Positions 38,655-52,175 of a DNA stretch of 64,000 nt are shown here, in pieces. Numbering within the stretch: the stretch's first letter is position 1; each line of letters begins with the position of its first letter. The position numbers were made by a program, and so were the translations under genes. The stretch covers positions 61,814,001-61,878,000 of the forward strand of contig OX597825.1 in the NCBI GenBank assembly GCA_951406725.2. Reading direction: 5' to 3'. The notes under the pieces are model-generated. The model was not told the DNA's origin. It saw only the letters and a program-made list of their open reading frames with translations, and did no database searches. The DNA is from Octopus vulgaris. Lineage: Eukaryota.

Positions 38655-39336
38655 GCTATAAAACATAGAAGACCTGTGAAGATACTTCCCACACGCATAC
38701 ATAAACACACACCTGCACAAACACAGAGATACTTTATTGTTTAGTTTTTATTTGTTTCTGTCATCACTGGACTGCAGCCGTGCTAGTATGTTAATCAAAC
38801 AAATCGGCTCCAGTGCTTACATTTTGAAACAAGACAATTATTCTATGGGCTGCTTTTGCTGAACTGCTTATTTACGGGGATGTAAACAAACCAACACCGG
38901 TTGTGAAAGGTGGTATGAAACAAATGCAAACACAAAGACACAGATACATATACAACAGGCTTCAGTTAGTTTCTATCTACCAAATCCATTTGTAAGATAT
39001 TGGTCAGTCCTGCGGTATAGTAGAAGGCACTTTACTAAGGTGCCATGCAGTGGTACTGAGCCCAGAACAATGCGGTCAAGAAGTTAACTTCATGCCACAC
39101 AGCCACATCTGCCTCATATAACCTACAGGTGCATGAGAGGTGTAGTGTGATTGTAAGCAGGTAAGCCAGAGATGGAAATCTTTGTATGTAACAAAAACAA
39201 GGTAGTTGGATGTCAGAACACCTGTAATTACATTGTCAGTCATTTAATCAAGGGAAAAGAACAAACAGTACCCTTGTATTGAACACCTTGAAATAATATT
39301 ATTTATTAACATTTTAGTAGTTGCTAAAACAATATA

Positions 39337-39562
39337 TATTTCTTTACTACCCACAAGGGGCTACACACAGGGGGGACAAACAAGGACAGACAAAGGGATT
39401 AAGTCGATTACATCGACCCCAGTGCGTAACTGGTACTTAATTTATCGACCCCGAAAGGATGAAAGGCAAAGTCGTCCTCGGCAGAATTTGAACCCAGAAC
39501 ACTTAACGGCAGATGATATACGGCCACGCATTTCGCCCGACGCGCTAACGTTTCTGCCAGCT
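39337..39562 (-). mobile_element. SINE family A
   Basis: Family A match; flanks AACAATATA. Confidence 0.9.
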
Positions 39563-40916
39563 CAACAATATAGAAACTGTGTCACAGTTTTTATAACCAG
39601 AACATAAGCTCATTATCAAGTGTCACCTGCTTGTGGTTGGTTTGATACAGAAGAATACCATTCTACACTTTCTCGTGCATTTTTAAACAGTTACTGTATT
39701 TTAAGTTTGTCCAATTCCTGATATTATCAATTCTTATATTTCTTGCTTTTCCTTTTCCAGTTCCTTTTACTATTTACAAGTTGTCTCTGTAAAGCATTAT
39801 TTTCATGTGTTGTATTAATCTATTCACATGTAATGACACCTTCATTTCTTTAATATTACATATGTTAACTTCATAAAAGCCTTTCTATACATGTCACAAA
39901 ATCTTTTATAGAAATAATGTTAAAATGAGTTACAGCTGCACCAAAATATTTACTGTATCTACTGCTCACAAATAATAGCTTCCCTGTTATGAATACAAAA
40001 CCTTTTTTAATTACTGTAATTGCAACAACATTTTTATATCTTCTCTCTGGCCTGTATTTTATAAAGTATAAATTTAATGAGTCTATCTTGAAAATAAACA
40101 CAAAGCATCAAGCTATACACAATTTTCTGAAAATCCTTTTATAAAAATTCTTGTCACTTATGATTCAGACATCCAGAAGGATGCTTACCAACTCACTAAG
40201 CAAATAGTTAAGGAGGTTAACAAATAATAAAATTGACAATTGCAAAGTTAGTTCATTATAAAACATATGCTCTTTACATTAATGAGTCAAGAAGCAACCT
40301 TTGTCTCTTACAGGAATATAATGTCCTGTTAGGGCTTTTTGCCACTTCAAACAAAAAAGCAGAATTGTTTAATTCTAACACAAACTTCAATTTAAATATA
40401 CTGAAGTATTTCCAAATTCCAAATGGCTAAAATATTTTACATCTTGCATAATAATTTTGTTATGCCCTGAAAGAAGGTTAAACATTGAAATAAAAAAGTG
40501 AAACATTCAGTTTTTCATCTAAACAAAAGACCATTAAAATTCATTTTTCTTGTGCTTGTGTGTTTTACACATATGATGCTGAAAAATGTAAATACCACAT
40601 GAATAGATGAACATTGCCTTTTGCATGTAAAACTTTAATAGAATAATGTGTAATGCATCTTTTAGAAACCAAGAATCCTTGATTACTATGTGTTTAAGAA
40701 TATCTTTACTTGTGTATTTTGAGGTTACATCACTTCTTTAGTTTTTTGAATAATTGACATTATGACACAAACTAACAGCTTCTAATAAACTTTACAAACT
40801 TTATGTATTGAGTACTTTTTCTTCTTTTGAAATAGAAATGTTCACTGATCCAAATATTTATGCACACATACAGAGATTAACCTTTGCATTCACACACACA
40901 TATACATACATATTTA

Positions 40917-40965
<49 letters not shown>

Positions 40966-41476
40966 GAATATATATATACGTATATATGATATGTATGTGT
41001 GTGTGTGTGTATATAAATACATATATATATGTATATGCATGTATGTATATGTATAAATATACAGTCACACACACATTTATACAGGCATAAACACATTCAA
41101 AGATATATAAACTGTGCACATTCACACACATATTTATTATAGAGAAAGTGAGAGAGAAAGAGAGAGAGCACTAGAGAATAATATAAACATAACACTTTTT
41201 TTAATTTCATAATCAATTTAATGAAGTGGTTTTTCCTAATGAAAGAATTAATTTCTTAGTGTCTGAAAATATTTCAATCCTAAAAATTTGGGATTGGACA
41301 GAAAATTTATTTTAGATTACATTTTTTTTTCGTTTTTTATTAACTTTATTAAATTTTAATTTCATTTCAATATTATATATTTACATTTTTTTTTAATGTT
41401 GATTTGGTTTAATGAAAAAGATCAAAGACGGAGCAGCAAAAAATAAATAACCTAAAACACAAAACAAACAAGCAAA

Positions 41477-41586
<110 letters not shown>

Positions 41587-42315
41587 ATGGAAAAGAAACA
41601 CAGAAATGAATTACACAGTTTATTGAAAGTCTTGTGAAATAATCATGGCTTTATTATTTTATTACTTTGCTCTATCTGGAGTCTGTCATATTACTCTGAA
41701 TTGTTGGTCATGAACATTTGTAATGTGTCAAATGCTACACCCACCTTTCAAGAGACTGACACTTAAATCAGGAAAAATCTAGTTAGTGATTTGTAAATAT
41801 TCAATTAAGTTCTGTTGGCAGGAAAATCAGGAAATATCTGAGTATTTGATAGAAATTTACATCCTAATCTTCAATAATAAAAGAAACAGATTTAATTGCT
41901 TTGAAGCTGTGTCAGTGTGTGAAAGTCTTTTTAAATTCAATACAGTTAATTCTATGGACAGTGGCCAATATGTTCCTGCAATAATATTATTATCGATGAT
42001 GATGAATATGGTGATGATGATGACAATGACGATGATGACGACGACGATGATGACAACGACGATGGCGACGACTATGATGATGATTATAATGATGATTAAT
42101 ATATGTACAATGATGATGATGTTGACAATGGTAATGATTATGTTGATGATCAGTTCATTTTATTTGCCATTAAGGCCTATTCATTCACATAAAAATGTGT
42201 TAGAAAGTGGGTACAGGGCTTTTAGAGATGTTACACACATTTATATAAAAGATGGGGTAGGGAATAGAAACACAATATTGGCAAATAAATATCGAAAAAT
42301 TTATAGAAAATAATA

Positions 42316-43908
42316 CGAGAGTGGGACAAAAAGTTCATTGGCTGACTATAAAGGAATGGTGCTAGAGCTGTGAAATCTTGCATGCATTAATTCCAGCCCT
42401 TCTTATTTACAACTGCATTGTTTCTCTTGTGGTAAACTGACATCTGATTGTTCAAAAAAAAGACTTCGAAAGTAACTAGTAGCAACTTCTTTCAAAAATG
42501 AACAAAATTTGATATCATCATGTTATCAAGTACCTGCAGAAGAAGGGCTTTTTTGTTGTTTGTTCCTTCTCGAGCCATGTCTGGATCATAAGGGCCGGTT
42601 TCCTAGTTTCTTGGCATATAGGTTCCCCACTTGGACGGGACACTGGTCCATTGCAGGTGAGCTGCAAGATGCAGGAGGAAAGAGTGAGAGAAAGTTGTGG
42701 CGAAAGAGTCAGCAGAAGTTTCACCATTACCTTCTGCCGGAGCTGCGTGGAGCTTAGGTGTTTCACTCATAAACACACACATCGTCCAGTCTGAGATTCA
42801 AACCCGTGATTCCTTGACTGTGAGTCCGCTGCTCTAACCACTAAGCCATGTGCCTCCACTGAAGAAGGGCTTAGCCACCGATGACATTCATGCCAGCATG
42901 GTTGCTACATTAGGGGAAGATTCTCCAGGTTTATCAAAGTGCCAAAGTAGGCAGCTGAATTTGGAAAGGGAATGGAGAGTCTTGAAGATGACCCAAAATC
43001 TGGACGTCCTGAAACAGCTACCACCAAGGAAACCATTGATTGTGTTCACCACATGGTGATAGATGACAGGCCATTGACTATAAATCAAACAGTTAATTCT
43101 ATTAGCCAATCCTGTCTCATGAAGGAGTTGAGAATATTCTGCATAATAAACTTGGCATGACAAAAGTTTATGTTAGGTGGGTGTCATGTCTTCTGACACC
43201 TAATGAAAAGTGTACCAGGTTGGCTGCATCAGGGGAAAATCTGATATTGTTTGAGGCAGATCTAGCTGGTTTCCTGAAACATTTCCCAACCCAGAATGAG
43301 TGTTGGGCTTGTTACTCTGAGAAAGAGATAAAGAGACAATTGGTGCACTCCTTCTCACCTGTTCTAAAGAAAGCCAAGGTTGTTTCAATTGTAAGGAAAG
43401 GTGATGGCCTCAGTTTATTGAGATGCAAAAGGCATTGTGTTCATTGACTATCTTCAAAAGGACCACTTCAAAGGAAAGTACTAAGCTAACTTGCCGAGGC
43501 AATTATGAAAGATTATCAAGAGTAAACTTCCACGAAACCTGAAAACAATTGTCTATTTTATCAGAATATTGCTCCAGCACACAAGTCCTTAGTTTCAATG
43601 ACTGCCGTTCACGATTGTGGATTTTAACCAGTTGATCACCCTCCTTATTCTTCTGAATTGACCCCATCTGACTATCATTTGTTCCTCTACATGAAGAACA
43701 CTTGGATAGAAACCAGTGTTGCAAGGATGATGAAATGTCTGCTGTTGCTGACTTTCTTTTACCAACAGGGTGAAAGCTTCTTCATCAATGAGATCCAAGC
43801 ACTGCAACACCAGTAAAAGTGTGTGGTTGGCAAGGAGGATTATGTTGAAAAATAAACTTCATTCAGTTACATTCCATTTTAGTAGCTTGATCAATCTATG
43901 AACATTTT
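42316..43908 (+). mobile_element. Decayed near-full-length mariner transposon (transposase pseudogene about 42498-43855)
   Basis: Left end TA|CGAGAGTGGGACAAAAAGTTCATTGG. Motifs ESLEDDPKSGRP, RWVSCLLT (WVPHEL-like), PPYSSELTPSDYHLF (YSPDLAPSD-like) and C-terminal DYVEK*. Frameshifts and stops; right TIR degraded. Confidence 0.92.
42551..42860 (-). mobile_element. SINE body C plus tail 1 inserted in the mariner ORF
   Basis: 12-bp TSD GAAGAAGGGCTT (42539-42550 and 42861-42872). Confidence 0.92.
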
Positions 43909-43927
43909 ATATATATGTATATATCCC

Positions 43928-43961
<34 letters not shown>

Positions 43962-44562
43962 CACATATACCTTCATATATGTTTCTATATACTCTAACTC
44001 ACCCATCGAAACAGATTTCTTTCCACACATTGAGTAGAGCTTCTTCCAACTGTTTTGGCATTTGGAAGTGCTTTCCAGTTTTTGAGAAACAAGAGCACGT
44101 TACTTTCTTCCCTGCTTGTTCCTGGATTTATTTTTATAACCAAAAATCTACTCTCTTTTGTAGCATAACTCCTCTGGTTATTTTCCATTCTTAACAAATG
44201 ATGTCCAGTAATTCTTTTTGGTGAACCACATGAACAAAACTTGTATCAGAATTCTAGCTATTATCACTTGCGTCAATAGACAAATATCTCAGACATTTTC
44301 TTTATTATACAAAATGCTGCAGGCCTTGGAGACAATATTTCTTTAGGTCAACAAATGAGACAAATAACATTTGTTGACAACTTCAGTGACAATTGCTATG
44401 TTCTTGTCAGTGAATTTTCCTGGAAAAATATGTTTTCTGTTGCTTTTATTTGGGTGTCTTTTAAAATGCAATATGTTTTTGGTTAGACACAGACAACTTG
44501 ATCACACTTTCTTGAGTACTCAGAATATGAAAACCAAAACAACTGCTGATAAAACATTGAAT

Positions 44563-44961
44563 CTCTTTACTCTTTTACTTGTTTCAGTCATTTGACTGCA
44601 GCCATGCTGGAGCACCACCTTTAGTCGAGCAAATCGACCCCAGGACTTATTCTTTGTAAGCCTAGTACTTATTCTATCAGTCTCTTTTGCTGAACCGCTA
44701 AGTTACATGGACATAAACATACCAGCATCGGTTGTCAAGCGATATTGGGGGGGACAAACACAGACACACACAGACACACATATATATACATATATACGAC
44801 GGGCTTCTTTCAGTTTCCATCTACCAAATCCACTCACAAGGCTTTGGTCGGCCTAAGGCTATAGTATTAGACACTTGCCCAAGGTGCCATGCAGTGGGAC
44901 TGAACCTGGAACCATGTGGCTGGTAAGCAAGTTACTTCCCACACAGCCACTCCTGCACCTA
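44563..44961 (-). mobile_element. SINE family B
   Basis: Full-length match. Confidence 0.92.
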
Positions 44962-45411
44962 TTGAATGTTCTGCTTTAAAAGTTTTTACCAATTCACTGG
45001 CCTGGAATATTACCTGATTTTATCAACCCCAGAAGAATGCAAAACAAAGTTGACCACAACAAAATTTGAACTTCAAACACAGAGAGCTGGAGCAAATATA
45101 GCAATGCATTTTGTCCAATGTGCTAATGTTTCTACCAACTTCTTAAAGAAAGCAGTGTGAAAAAAATCAACAATACCAGACAGCTTCTATCTGTTAATGA
45201 TAAATAGCTGTTATCAGACCACACTCTGCAATAGTGTAGAAAATTTGGGAAAAAGAAGCATTTTTATGTAACACTAAAGAGGAAAGCAACAACAAAAATG
45301 ATTGATTGTGAGCACAGTTTTATAATAAATTTAAATTTGTCTCTTATTATATTTTGTTCTTTAACTCTCCATTTCCTAGTGCTGCACCCCCATTATATAT
45401 ATATAAATGAA

Positions 45412-45640
45412 GGCGGCAGGCTGGCAGACACGTTAGCGTACTGGTCGAAATGCTTAGCGGTATTTCGTCTGTTGTTACGTTCTGAGTTCAAATTCCACCG
45501 AGGTTGACTTTGCTTTTCATCCTTTCAGGGTCGATAAATAAAGTACCAGTTTCCCACTGGGGTCGATGTAATCGACTTAATCACTTTGTCTGTCCTTGTT
45601 TGTCCCCTCTATGTCTAGCCCCTTGTGGGTAATAAAGAAA
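45412..45640 (+). mobile_element. SINE family A
   Basis: Full-length match in TA context. Confidence 0.92.
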
Positions 45641-45654
45641 TATATATATATATA

Positions 45655-45907
45655 TAAATGTTCCTTCTCGAGCCATGCCAGGCTCATAAGGGCCGGTTTC
45701 CCGGTTTCAGTGGCGTAGAAATTCCCCACCAGGACAGGACGCTGGTCCCTTGCAGGATTACTCATTTTTGCCAGCTAAGTGGATTGGAGCAACGTGAAAT
45801 GAAGTGTTTTGCTCAAGAACACAACGCATTGCCAGTTCCAGGAATCGAAACCACAACCTTACAATCATGAGTTCAACACCCTAACGACTAAGCCACATGC
45901 CTCCACA
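45655..45907 (-). mobile_element. SINE body D plus tail 1
   Basis: CORE-like TGTGTTCTTGAGCAAAACACTTC with tail GAAACCGGCCCTTATGAGCC...GCTCGAGAAGGAAC. Confidence 0.88.
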
Positions 45908-46248
45908 TTTCCTATTGGTGCACCACCATTAACTACTATTTAAAACTATCAACAATGTGTGTCTTAAATGCTTCGTAGATGTTTAAGGCTGTAAGAGTCA
46001 GTCATAATCACAGAGCAAAGTCTTCCTTCATCTTTTATCTGTTTCAATCATTACTCTTCAGTCATTAGATTGTGGTCATGCTGGGGCATGGCCTTGAAGA
46101 ATTTTCAGTCGAATGAATCAACCTCAATAGTTTTTTTTAAGCCTGGTACTTATTCTATCGATATATCTTGCCACTAAGTTATGGAGACAGGCACGAACAT
46201 AAAGACACACATACACACACATATTTGTGTGTGTGTGTATATATACAT

Positions 46249-46306
<58 letters not shown>

Positions 46307-46309
<3 letters not shown>

Positions 46310-46694
46310 GCACGTGCCGTCAGTAATTACTCAGGGTAGACAGCTGGTGACATTTATGTAGTAAAACACAAAAAAATAAGTGAAACACAGGTGTGTGACT
46401 GAGTTAGAGGCAGAATTACATCTGCCTTTATAGAACGTAAAGAAAACGTTGTAAGAATGTACGCAGCAGTACTATACGTTGTTTTAATACTGAAGTTGAA
46501 AGGCAGGGGCTCTTATGCCTACCTAATCTACAAAAAAATAAGATATGTTGCATTTTATGCATAGTAATCAGAGTAACCATCAGAATTTTATTAAATTAGG
46601 TGCATATTTTGCCATAAAGGGAAAATGTTGCTGTTGATCTATTTTATTCAGGGTAGGTACTGCCTACCTTGCCTACCCAGGTGGCACATCCTTG
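46307..46694. mobile_element. Second copy of the 400-bp hAT-like element, inside the microsatellite of an old SINE B (about 46030-46880, minus)
   Basis: Aligns end to end with 29433-29839. Confidence 0.78.
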
Positions 46695-47346
46695 ATACAT
46701 ATACATATATACGAGAGGCTTCTTTCAGCTTCTGTCTGCCAAAACCACCCTTGAGGCTTTGGTCTGCCTGAGGCTATAGTAGAAGACACTTGCCTAAGGT
46801 GCAAGACAGTGGGACTGAATCCAGAACCAATCCAGAACTATGTAGTTTGGTAAGCAAGCTTCTTACCACACAGCCACACTTGTGAATATGAGTTTTCAGT
46901 ATTTACAGAGTCAAACAATTTTTGTAAATGATTTAATGATTAGTTAGTGATAAAGGGTGAAGTTCTTTATCTATGTATAAGTTAAAGAATTTCCAGCTCA
47001 GCTCAGAGATGAAATGGAAAAAAAAAAAATGCAAAAGAAAAAAAAAGAGAAAAGAAACACTTGTCTCATTTGTTAACCAAAAGGCAGGAAATATTATGTC
47101 TCAGGTCTGCAGCTTTTTGTCTAATAAAGGAAAAAATATCTGAGACATTTACAGCTTGACACAAGTGGCAGTAGCTAACATTTTTAATACATGTTTTGTT
47201 AATGATACAGACTTCCTATGGCTGGATACTCTTCCTGTAACCAATGACTACAAGGATAACAACAGCAATGGTAATGGAATTATTAAATACATTTATGAAT
47301 TTGTTTTTCAAGATTCTTGATGTGAAATCGAGTGTTGAAAGAGATA

Positions 47347-47520
47347 TTGTTATATTTCAGGATGGTTACCTTTCTTTTCCTTGCCAAATAAGCACACATA
47401 CTATATATTTGTTCTTCACTTGTTTATTACAATAAGAACGATGATAAATGAGTTAAGAACAAATAAATAGTGTTTGTTTATTAGGTAAGTAAAAAAATTG
47501 ACCATCCTGAAATATAACAC
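47347..47520. mobile_element. Small MITE with 19-bp TIRs, TA-flanked
   Basis: TGTTATATTTCAGGATGGT / ACCATCCTGAAATATAACA. Confidence 0.72.
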
Positions 47521-47544
47521 TACATTATTAAATAAAATAAAAAT

Positions 47545-47798
47545 AATAAATGCGCCCTTTTAAAGCCTAGCCGGGCTCATGAGCCCGATTTCCCAGCTTC
47601 AATGGCATATGTGTTCCCCAGCCGGATGGGACGACAGTCCATCGCAGCGTTACTCATTTTTGCCAGCTGAGTGGACTGGAGCAACATGAAATGAAGTGAT
47701 TTGCTCAAGAACACAATGCGTCACCCGGTCCAGGAATCGAAACCACAATCTTACGATCGTGGTGCTAACACCCTAACCACTAAGCCACGTGCCTCCAC
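47545..47798 (-). mobile_element. SINE body D plus tail 3
   Basis: TSD ACATTATTAAATA; matches 59906-60160. Confidence 0.9.
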
Positions 47799-48328
47799 AA
47801 CATTATTAAATAGATAACAATAAAAAATAATAACAATTTAAAGCAATAAAGTAGTAATATAATATCTCTAAAATATATAGGGCAGTTTGGAGAACCCACC
47901 ACACAACACTGGATTGCTCTGTCATAGCAAAGACATGTGCCCTTCTCCCAGTCCTTGGTATAAACCTACATCCAGATTGTTAGAATAGACTTATTTATCT
48001 CCTTAAGACCTATTTATCTCAGACATATGCAGCTGTCACCAAATCCTGAACCATGTGAAACATCAGTTCAAATAGTGTTGTTGTTTGTGAGAAATAAAGT
48101 TTAGCTTCATTTTATAAAAAAAATAAAAATTGTCCAGTCAAAAAATTTCCTGTTTGCATCATGTGTGTGTGTTTGTGTTTGTGTGTGTGTGTGTGTTTTT
48201 GTTTTTCTCACTTTATTTCATAACTTTCTCCAATTTTTTTTCTAGTTTGATTTTCAAGCTTAGCTGCAGTTAGTATATTATCATATAGTGATGTAAGAAG
48301 TCTATGGTATTATCTATGAATGATTTGT

Positions 48329-49486
48329 TTATTACTGAGTGACAGAGCAGTGCATGCCATCAAAGTGACACTTGGGTAAAATATACGAAGCCCAGTATAC
48401 CCATCATGACTACCCGTCTGATAAAGGTACACCAGGCACATGCATCACAACCATATGTGCACAGCATGGTGATCTCATATCAAGATAAACAGCTCATGAC
48501 CTTGCAGGTGGGGCCCAGTTAGAATTTTCTTCTGGTCAAGTAGCCCATCCCGCTCAAAAGGTCCCTGAATAAGGATTGTTTAAGAATGTTGAACGAAACA
48601 CCCATGTTTCCAGAGGTGAATTATCCAAACCCCAAAGAATCCCTCTCAACACATGGCTATGATGCTCCCCCACTACTTCTGCTTGTGATCAGAGATGCAC
48701 ATATCGTCAGCCACTAAGGGACATGCTCAACTGGTTATGGTCAAACATCTGACAAGCAAATCTGTGGTATTGAGCAGAATATTTGCTGTAGTGTGTCTTT
48801 TATACCAAGACAGAACAATATACATGATAACATTTCCAATCTGGGCTTCGTATATTTTACCCCAGTGTCACTTTGATGGCATGCACTGCTTTCTCACTCA
48901 ATAATAATAATAATAATAATAAATGCCCTGATGCAGTACCAGGCAGTGGCTCTCATGGCTTCTGATCTTAACTGATTGGAAGTGTTATCATGTACATTGT
49001 TTTGTCTTGGTATAAAAGATGGGCTACAGCAAATACCACAGATTTGCTTGTCAGTTGTTTGACCATAACCAGTTGAGCATGTCCCTTAGTGGCTGACGAT
49101 ATGTGCATCTCTGATCACGGGCAGAAGTAGTGGGGGAGCATCATAGCCATGTGTGGAGAAGGATTCTTTGGGGTTTGAATAATTCACCTCTGGAAACATG
49201 GGTGTTTCGTTCAACGTCCTTAAACAACCCTTATTCAGGGACCTTTTGAGCGGGATGGGTTACTCGATCTGAAGAAAATTCTAACTGGGCTCCACCTGCA
49301 AGGTCATGTGCTGTTTATCTTGATATGAGATCACCATGTCGCGCACATATGGTTGTGATGCATGTGCCTGGTGTACCCTTATCAGATGGGTAGTCATGAT
49401 GGGTATACTGGGCTTCGTATTTTTTACCCCAGTGTCACTTTGATGGCATGCTCTGCTCGCTCACTCAATAATAATAATAATAATAA
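48329..49486. mobile_element. Three 3' ends of a (TAA)n-tailed non-LTR element: minus 48329-48840, plus 48841-48921, plus 48922-49486
   Basis: Each ends with CCC(C/A)AGTGTCACTTTGATGGCATGC...TCACTCA plus TAA repeats; the two long copies are near-identical reverse complements. Confidence 0.88.
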
Positions 49487-50074
49487 CAACAGCAACAACA
49501 AAGTTTATGTAGCATACCTCATTACATAACATATTTGTTTCATTGAACATCATATCTTTCTTTTTAAATCTATAATGTAAAGATTACCTATTGTGAATTG
49601 TTTATATCATAATTCAAATACAGGAAAAAGAGAAAGCAAGCTTTCACTCAGTACCTTTCTTTAACAAAAACCATTTCCAACTGCAGAGAAGTCCAGTTGG
49701 CAAATTTTCTAAAAGTATCCACATCTATTCTTAAAAGCTTTTCTACTCTCCTTAGTATTTTTCTTTGTTGTTTTTTTGTTTTTTGTTTTTGTTTCTTGTT
49801 GTAGCTGATATAAATTTGAAGAATTCTGGGAGTTCAAACAGATAAGATAGAATATTCCCTAGCTTGTTATCATTTCTCATTCTTGTACATGCATAAAGAG
49901 TCCTGAAATCAGCTATTTATAATGATATTTGGTAAGACTGCTGCTTTGCTACAAAAACTGTATGAATTCAATCATTAATTGCTAAAGTGAAACTGCTAAA
50001 AATATTTCAGAAGCATCTGCAGCTTTTCTGGATTAAATATACAAACAGAGATAGCAAAAGAGGTGAGGAAAGCA

Positions 50075-50590
50075 GATGGCTGTGTGGTTAAGAGGTTAGT
50101 TTCTCAGCCAAATTGTTTTGGGTTCAATCCCACTGCATGGCATCTTGGGTACATGTTTTCTACTATAAACCTGGGTTGATTAAAAATTTTTAATGTGCAA
50201 TTGATAGACTGAAATGGAAAGAGATGCCTGTTGTGTATATGTGTATGTGCAAGTATACATGTGTGTGAGTGAGTATGTGCAAGTATGTATGTGCAAGCAT
50301 GTGTGTGAGTATGTATGTGCAAGCATGTGTGTGAGCGTGTATTTGCGTGTGTTTGTGTTTCCTTGTCTTGGCATGACATTTTATCTGCAAATGAGTGTCA
50401 CTGTCATACGAGTGGTGTCATTCATTTCCACTGTTCCACAAAAACATGTCTGGTGATGGGGAAATATTGCCTTGCTTGGAAGCAAGAGAGGTTTGGTGAC
50501 AAGAAAAGCATCTTGCCATAGAGTATCTGCCAGGATAAATTCCATCCAACCTATGTAAGCATGGAAAAGTGGATGTTAAGATGATGATCA
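50075..50590 (+). mobile_element. Old SINE with B-type head and RTE-type tail
   Basis: TGGCTGTGTGGTTAAG...GGGTTCAATCCCACTG head; tail CCAACCTATGTAAGCATGGAAAAGTGGATGTTAA(GAT)n. Confidence 0.72.
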
Positions 50591-50814
50591 TGGTGGTGGT
50601 GGTGGTGGTGGTGGTGTTGGTGGCTGCAGTGAAGGCAATGACAATGATGATGACGATGAAGATGACAGTGATGTAAATACAAGGAAAAAATCTCTCGATT
50701 TATATTTCTGATTGTGAGATTAGGAAATGCTGGGGTTACACTCCACTGTGCAGTGCTTGGGATAATTGTCTTCTTTGTTAAACTCTAGCTGACCAATGCC
50801 ATATAAGTGAAATC

Positions 50815-51200
50815 TGAGTCAAGTACGTCAACACCAACATCAAAATAAAAATCAAATGGAAATTGTAGTTGTCATACCCGTGCCAGTGACTTGTAAAAAG
50901 CACCATCCGAAAGTGGCTGATACCAGTGCCGCCTGACTGGTGTCTGTGTCAGTGACATGTAAAAAGCACCAACCGATTGTGACCGTTTGCCAGCCTCCCT
51001 TGGCCCCTGTGCCGGTGGCACGTAAAAAGCATCTACTACACTCACGGAGTGGTTGGTGTTAGGAAGGGCATCCAACTGTAGAAACACGGCCAGATCAGAC
51101 TGGAGCCTGGCACAGCCTCTTGGCATCCCAGACCCCGGTCGAATCATCCAGCCCAAGCTAGCATGGAAAACGGACGTTAAACAATGATGATGATGATGAT
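50815..51200 (+). mobile_element. RTE LINE 3' UTR fragment
   Basis: Matches about 8100-8530; (GAT)n tail. Confidence 0.87.
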
Positions 51201-51547
51201 GTGCCAAAACCTGTTTACACACACACACAGACACAACACACACACACATGCTTAAATATACACATACACACAAACATATAGATGAAAGCTTTTAGTCTTT
51301 TGTATCACAATTCATTTGATTTAAACTTATGCATGCATTGCTGATGGTGGAAATTGCTGGAAGTTTAGAATACTTTTATAATGAGCCATGAGAAAATGAA
51401 AAGGAATCCTCTAAATGGGCCATTATAGAGAAAATTTGCTGATCTCTGCTCTATAGGAGTATTAGATCTCCCTCAGTTCCTGACATATTTTGTTCTAATA
51501 ATGTCTCAAAGCATGAAGGTATTTGTTGTGTTTGGCAGGCTATGAAA

Positions 51548-52098
51548 AGAAAATGGCACTCTGTTGGTTATGATGGTAAGGGTTCCAGTTTACCTGATCA
51601 ATGGAGCAGCCTGCTTATGAAATTAACATGCTTGTGGCTGAGCACTCCACAGACATGTGTACCTTAACCCTCTCGTTACCAACCCAGCCGAAACCGGCTC
51701 TGGCTCTGGGTACAAATGTCTTCTTTTCATAAGTTTTGAATAAAAATCTTCCACCAAACCTTAGTCACAATTTATGTTCCTAACACTGGCTTAATGATAA
51801 CTAAGTTATTTTACTAAATTCTTTGTTAGATTTAAAATAATTGAAAGAAACACAGAGCATCTCAAATGAATACAGTAATAAAAGGGTTAACGTAGTTCTC
51901 AGGAAGATTCAGTGTGACCCATAGTGTGACAAAGCTGGCCCTTTGAAATACAGGCACCACTCATTTTTGCCAGCTGAGTGGACTGGAGCAATGTGAAATA
52001 AAGTGTCTTGCTCAAAGACATAATGCACTGCTGGTAAGTGAACTCATGACCTTATATTCAAGAGCTGAATACCCTAACCACTAAACCAAGCACCTTCG
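51548..52098 (-). mobile_element. SINE body D plus tail 5, interrupted by a MITE
   Basis: CORE-like body at about 51960-52030 and head at about 52040-52098; tail split at a TTAA. Confidence 0.75.
51668..51886. mobile_element. piggyBac-type MITE, family P2
   Basis: TTAA|CCCTCTCGTTAC...GTAATAAAAGGG|TTAA. Confidence 0.87.
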
Positions 52099-52175
52099 CT
52101 TTGAAGATAGAATATGAAGATAGATTATAAACAGCCATAACAAAATAGCAAAACCTCATGTTTGATGGCCTAAAG

